Shown in pieces: positions 59,201 through 64,000 of a stretch of 64,000 bases of DNA. Position 1 is the first letter of the stretch. Each line of letters starts with the position of its first letter. Source of the DNA: Macrostomum hystrix (taxonomy: Eukaryota; Animalia; Platyhelminthes); NCBI GenBank assembly GCA_950097015.1, contig CATNEN010000033.1, positions 992,001-1,056,000 of the forward strand, in the 5' to 3' direction. The position numbers were made by a program, and so were the translations under genes. The notes under the pieces are model-generated. The model saw only the letters and a program-made list of their open reading frames with translations, was not told the origin of the DNA and did no database searches.

Positions 59201-60118
59201 AAAATGATAGACCACACAGATTTAGATTCTCAAAATGATAGACCACACAGATTTAGATTCTCAACATGATAGACCACACAGATTTAGATTCTCAAAATAA
59301 TAAACCACAGATTTAAATTCTCATAATGATAGACCACACAGATTTAGATTCTCAAAATGATAGACCACACAGATTTAGATTCTCAAAATGATAGACCACA
59401 CAGATTTAGATTCTCAAAATGATAAACCAAACAGATTTAGATTCTCAAAATGATAAACCACAGATTTAGATTCTCAAAATGATAGACCACACAGATTTAG
59501 ATTCTCAACATGATAGACCACACAGATTTAGATTCTCAAAATAATAAACCACAGATTTAGATTCTCATAATGATAGACCACACAGATTTAGATTCTCAAA
59601 ATGATAGACCACACAGATTTAGATTCTCAAAATGATAGACCACAGATTTAGATTCTCAAAATGATAGACCACACAGATTTAGATTCTCAAAATGATAGAC
59701 CACACAGATTTAGATTCTCAAAATGATAGACCACACAGATTTAGATTCTCAAAATGATAGACCACACAGATTTAGATTCTCATAATGATAGACCACACAG
59801 ATTTAGATTCTCAAAATGATAGACCACACAGATTTAGATTCTCAAAATGATAGACCACACAGATTTAGATTCTCAAAATGATAGACCACGCAGATTTAGA
59901 TTCTCAAAATGATAAACCACAGATTTAGATTCTCAAAATGATAGACCACACAGATTTAGATTCTCAACATGATAGACCACACAGATTTAGATTCTCAAAA
60001 TAATAAACCACAGGTTTAGATTCTCAAAATGATAAACCACACAGATTTATATTCTCAAAATGATAGACCACACAGATTTAGATTCTCAAAATGATAGACC
60101 ACACAGATTTAGATTCGC
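56290..60118. repeat. 31-bp satellite AAAATGATAGACCACACAGATTTAGATTCTC
   Basis: About 120 copies with variant domains. Confidence 0.98.
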
Positions 60119-61219
60119 AATAGAATAGATCAGAGAGATTTAGATGATTGATGTGATGGATATGAGAAATGTACTCGTATATTATGGACATGACAGAACT
60201 GAGAGATTTAGACTATCGACATGACATCTGAGAGATTTAGACTATCGTCATGATTGATTGATCTGACCGATCTAGCTCCTTGACAAAATCTATGTAATTT
60301 GTTGTTTGAATTGAAAATTCAGATCATTTTCGGACTATATATAACTAAATGGTAGACGTTTCTAACCGCCCTCGACGTCATGAATACGTAATTTACGTAT
60401 ACGAATTAAAATTTTGTGAGAAAAAACAATCAGTTAAAAAATTTTCTGTGTCAACAAGAAAAGCAGGACTATCGCATGACTAGCATAGACAGTGTCTGTG
60501 CAACTAAAATTAGGATATAAATTCTGCATTTACACCAGGTCTATTTTTAATTCTCAAGTCAAGTGATTAAAAATAAGTCAACACAGCATTAGTCCTTGTT
60601 TGTGTACTTTTAGGGCTTATTGGAAGAGTTACGAACCATTTGAAAGGCCCACGTACGTTCCCCCTATGAGTTTTTAGCAGCAATGATTGTAAACCAAAGT
60701 ACTGTACTTGTACGAGCTGGTAATAACGAAACTGCAGATAAAGTACATCAAACAACTCTGCGTGCACAAGTTATTTCTCCTAAGACCTACTCTTTCGACT
60801 TACTAAACGTCCTTGACTTTAAGCATAAGAAATGTTTATGGGGTGTAAATACGAGTACTTTTACGATTGCAGGGAATCGAGTACTTTGAAGAACGTACTT
60901 GAGCAGAGGTACTACCAAAGTACATGCTCCTTCCAATTCAACTCATAGCATAATGACAACCCAGCTGCTTGTATGGCAACCGGGCGTCAAGCTAGAAAGC
61001 ATGTCGCTGGCTAGTGCGTACAATGGAGCAGAGCTTCTCACGGTGGTAGGAAGCAGGGAAGGGAGTTGTTGCTGGGGGTGGGGCGGGCTGACAGCACTTG
61101 CAAATGAGCCAGCACTCAGGCCAAAATCTCTGGACAGGCGCAACCCCCTCCGCTAGTGTACAGTATTGTAGCTTTATACCCTGCAGAATAAGGCTGGTAG
61201 AAGGCTGGGGACTGCAGCC

Positions 61220-64000
61220 ATGGAGGATGCAGCAAAGTCCAACTCGAAGCTTCTGACTCTAGGCGAGCCGTTTCGGCAGTCCAAGACGGACGACTCGCGG
61301 GTCTCCTGGCTGGCGATTCCAGCCAAGTTGACCCTGCTGCCAGCCACAGCAGCTGCCGCCACGACCGCTGTGGCAGTGGGCGATCGTCACTGTCTATTGC
61401 TGACATCCGACGGCGAAGTGCTAGACTATGGCGAAGAGGACACATCCGACGAGTTCGAGTTCGTGCGGGTGCCGGGTCTCGCCGAACTGACAGCGGACTC
61501 GAAGGTGACGCAGATGTCAGCAGGCGGGAATCACTCCATGGCGCTGACCTCAGACGGTCACGTCCTGGCCTGGGGCGACAACAGCTTCGGCCAGCTCGGC
61601 CCGAGGCCGGACGAGCCGGCAGATCGGATGCTACGTGCCGGTCTGGTATCGCCGCTGCTGGGCCATCGAGCGGTGCAAGTTGCAGCCGGCGGCAGCCACA
61701 GCCTCGTGCTGACCGCCGACCACCGGGTGTTCGCATTCGGTGACAACTCGCTGGGCCAGCTGGGCCGCGGCCACTGCCAGCCGGGCTCGGGGCTGGCCCC
61801 GGTGCGCCGTTTGGCCGGACTGCCGGTGCGCCAGATCGCTTGCGGCAGCCGGCACAGCTTCGCCTTGTCGCACAGCGCAGTCCTGTTTGGCTGGGGCTGC
61901 AACCAGCGCGGACAGCTCGGCTGCGGCATTGAGGAAGGCGCCACCAGCACTCAGGCGCTGCCTGTCGAGTGTGCCTCCCTGCGCAACAGACGAGTGCGTC
62001 GGATTGCATGCGGCGCGGAGCACACAGCCGCCGTTACGGCAGACGGCGGCATCTTCACCTTCGGCGCCGGTGACTCCGGCCAGCTGGGACACGGCTCAAC
62101 CGCTAGCGAGCCGCTGCCACGTCAGATTGCCGATCTGATGGGCTCGGAGGTGATTTCAGCCGCCTGCGGCACCGCTGCCACCTATGCCTGCTGTCGGGGC
62201 GGCCGCGTGTATGCGTTTGGCGCTGTTGGGCCTTCGGCCTGCGTCCGGGAGCGGCCATGGCCGGTCACTCTCGGCGGCGGCGGCAAGGGCGATGTCGAAA
62301 TCGCCGCTGGAGGCAAGCGGGCGATCCTGCACTTCGGCAGCCTGTCGGTTTCGAAGCTTTCGTCTACACCAGACGGCCTACTTTCACTGGACGCCTGCAG
62401 TCCGGAGACCGACTGGTCGGGTGCCCTGGCAGCCGCGGCCTGCCCCGCAGCCTATGCGCGCGCTTTTCTGCTGCCGGACAGTGAACACGAAAATCCCCGT
62501 CCGGGAACACATGGCATTGACCTGGACGCTGCCGCTGACTTTCTGCAGCAGCGGCTGGGCGCTGCCGCGGCCGCTGTGCCGGAGCGCCGTCGGGAGCTGC
62601 TGGCGGCGCAGACCGATCTACTGACCGACCTGATCGAGCGCGAGGAAGCCCAGCTTGCTGACGCTGAATGCCTCCGGCTGCTGCTGCTGCTGCCGCTCAC
62701 AGCGGACTTCGAATCTCCGGGACCGCTGCAGACCGCACTGGCGGACCTGGCACTGCGGCTGCCGCGGCCGCTAGCCACAGTCTTTCTCAGCTGGATCTTG
62801 GACCTCCGGTTGCGCCACTTCGCGCGCCTTGTCCGCTGCCTCGTCCGGGCGGCTCAGGACGCGCTGGTCTCGAACGTTGAGGCCACGGAGGCGGCGAAGG
62901 CTGACGCCGAGGAGCAGCGGATCAAACGCCTGCGGCCCTGCCTTGACTTTCTAAAACGTCTGCACGCGATTAATGCAAATCGGCGAGACCGCTTGGCCCC
63001 GGCATCTTTCCACTTGACAGAAATACGCGAGCGAGTGTCTTTAGAGAACGACTACCGCTCGTGGACCGAGAACCGGAACCAGTTCAGCTTTTTGAAGTAT
63101 CCGTTTGTCTTCGACGGCCCAGCCAAGATGGAACTGTTGAAGGCGGACGCCCGTTTGCAGATGGAGCAGGCCTTTCGCGAGGCCATGATGTTCAACCTGT
63201 TCCAGGGCTTCACCTTCGGAGCCATCTTTGACATGCGCAGCCCCTTCCTGGTGCTGCGCGTGGCGCGCCAAGCCTTGATCCAGGACGCCATCGTCAGCCT
63301 CAGCACCTGCCACCCGGCTGAGCTGAAGAAGCCGCTGCGAATCACCTTTAAAGGCGAGGAGGCGGTCGACGAGGGCGGCCTGACCAAGGAGTTCTTCCTG
63401 TTGATATTTCGCCAAATCCTCGACCCAGTGTACGGCATGTTCACCAACTTCGACTCCAACCTCGTCTGGTTCAATCACGGTACCCTGGAGAGCCCGGAGA
63501 ACTTCAGCCTCATCGGCACGCTGCTTGGGCTGGCAATCTACAACAGCATCTTGGCGGCGGTGCCCTTCCCAATGGCCCTATTCAAGAAGCTGCTGCGCCA
63601 GCCGGTCTCTCTGGATGATCTCAAGGAGCTCGACCCGACAGTTGGGCGCAGTCTGCAGTCTCTGTTGGACGCGGACTCGGCCGACTCCGTTGACCAACTC
63701 GAGTTAAACTTCGAGATTGAGACGAAGATGTTCGATCACGTGCAACGCGTGCCGCTGTCTGTCAACCCGGAGGACCGCGTCACCCTCGTCAACCGCGAGT
63801 CCTACGTGACGGCCTACGTGGATTTCATGCTGAACCGCAGCTGCCGCGAAGCTTTCGAAGCGTTCCAGGCTGGCTTCGAGCGTGCCTGCGGCAGCCCCGT
63901 CCTGCCGTTGCTGGAGCCGCAGGAGCTGCAGGCGATCATCAACGGCGAGACCAGCTGCTTCGACTGGGACCAGCTGGAGCAGGGCGCGCTCTACGTGAAC
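61220..64000 (+). CDS. Small HERC E3 ubiquitin ligase (HERC3/4-like; RCC1-like domain + HECT), 3' incomplete
   Basis: ATG at 61220; RCC1 repeats (AWGDNSFGQLG, FAFGDNSLGQLG, FTFGAGDSGQLGHG); FSFLKYPFVF; HECT LKKPLRITFKGEEAVDEGGLTKEFF. The frame was checked at several points and stays in register to the window end, which is why it is absent from the ORF track. Confidence 0.92.
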   Translation, partial: MEDAAKSNSKLLTLGEPFRQSKTDDSRVSWLAIPAKLTLLPATAAAATTAVAVGDRHCLLLTSDGEVLDYGEEDTSDEFEFVRVPGLAELTADSKVTQMSAGGNHSMALTSDGHVLAWGDNSFGQLGPRPDEPADRMLRAGLVSPLLGHRAVQVAAGGSHSLVLTADHRVFAFGDNSLGQLGRGHCQPGSGLAPVRRLAGLPVRQIACGSRHSFALSHSAVLFGWGCNQRGQLGCGIEEGATSTQALPVECASLRNRRVRRIACGAEHTAAVTADGGIFTFGAGDSGQLGHGSTASEPLPRQIADLMGSEVISAACGTAATYACCRGGRVYAFGAVGPSACVRERPWPVTLGGGGKGDVEIAAGGKRAILHFGSLSVSKLSSTPDGLLSLDACSPETDWSGALAAAACPAAYARAFLLPDSEHENPRPGTHGIDLDAAADFLQQRLGAAAAAVPERRRELLAAQTDLLTDLIEREEAQLADAECLRLLLLLPLTADFESPGPLQTALADLALRLPRPLATVFLSWILDLRLRHFARLVRCLVRAAQDALVSNVEATEAAKADAEEQRIKRLRPCLDFLKRLHAINANRRDRLAPASFHLTEIRERVSLENDYRSWTENRNQFSFLKYPFVFDGPAKMELLKADARLQMEQAFREAMMFNLFQGFTFGAIFDMRSPFLVLRVARQALIQDAIVSLSTCHPAELKKPLRITFKGEEAVDEGGLTKEFFLLIFRQILDPVYGMFTNFDSNLVWFNHGTLESPENFSLIGTLLGLAIYNSILAAVPFPMALFKKLLRQPVSLDDLKELDPTVGRSLQSLLDADSADSVDQLELNFEIETKMFDHVQRVPLSVNPEDRVTLVNRESYVTAYVDFMLNRSCREAFEAFQAGFERACGSPVLPLLEPQELQAIINGETSCFDWDQLEQGALYVN

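Noticed and set aside
60383-60400. Palindrome ATACGTAA-T-TTACGTAT
   Set aside because: A single short AT-rich palindrome is within chance expectation and has no supporting context.
61116-63707. Many short ORFs on both strands
   Set aside because: They are shadow frames of the GC-rich HERC CDS; the same applies to shadow ORFs over pol, TAF6, AMACR and CEP57.

Overview
Eukaryotic (animal) genomic DNA with GC-rich exons, AT-rich introns and intergenic DNA, and an unusually high load of short-period tandem arrays. This composition is typical of a Macrostomum-like free-living flatworm, but that is inference and the taxon cannot be proven from this window. Spliced gene models were built by hand from GT-AG junctions and reading-frame phase; protein identities rest on remembered similarity to human orthologues. 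In order: 3' end of a class C GPCR (+), then seven consecutive minus-strand genes (TAF6, ANKRD49, mitochondrial acyl carrier protein, APH-1, AMACR, CEP57-like, CCDC6), a PAF-acetylhydrolase (+), a TMEM134 gene missing from the ORF track (-), an intact young CsRn1-type Ty3/gypsy LTR retrotransposon (-), DCN1/DCUN1D1-2 (+) and a small HERC E3 ligase (+) that runs off the window. There are also three hAT-type MITEs with 8-bp TSDs, two SINE relics, a Tc1-like fragment and about 20 mini/satellite arrays. Best leads: (1) DCN1 and PAF-AH both start coding at a 3' splice site in phase 0 with no in-frame ATG, as expected if the AUG-terminated flatworm spliced leader supplies the initiator Met; (2) the co-oriented gene run, with acceptor-like sites just before most ATGs and private tandem arrays in the spacers, looks like trans-spliced operon(s); (3) the retrotransposon carries a complete -1 frameshift signal; (4) TAF6 has a 1-nt frameshift and APH-1 has a His-to-Asn change at a conserved site. 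No CRISPR array, rRNA or intact tRNA was found.
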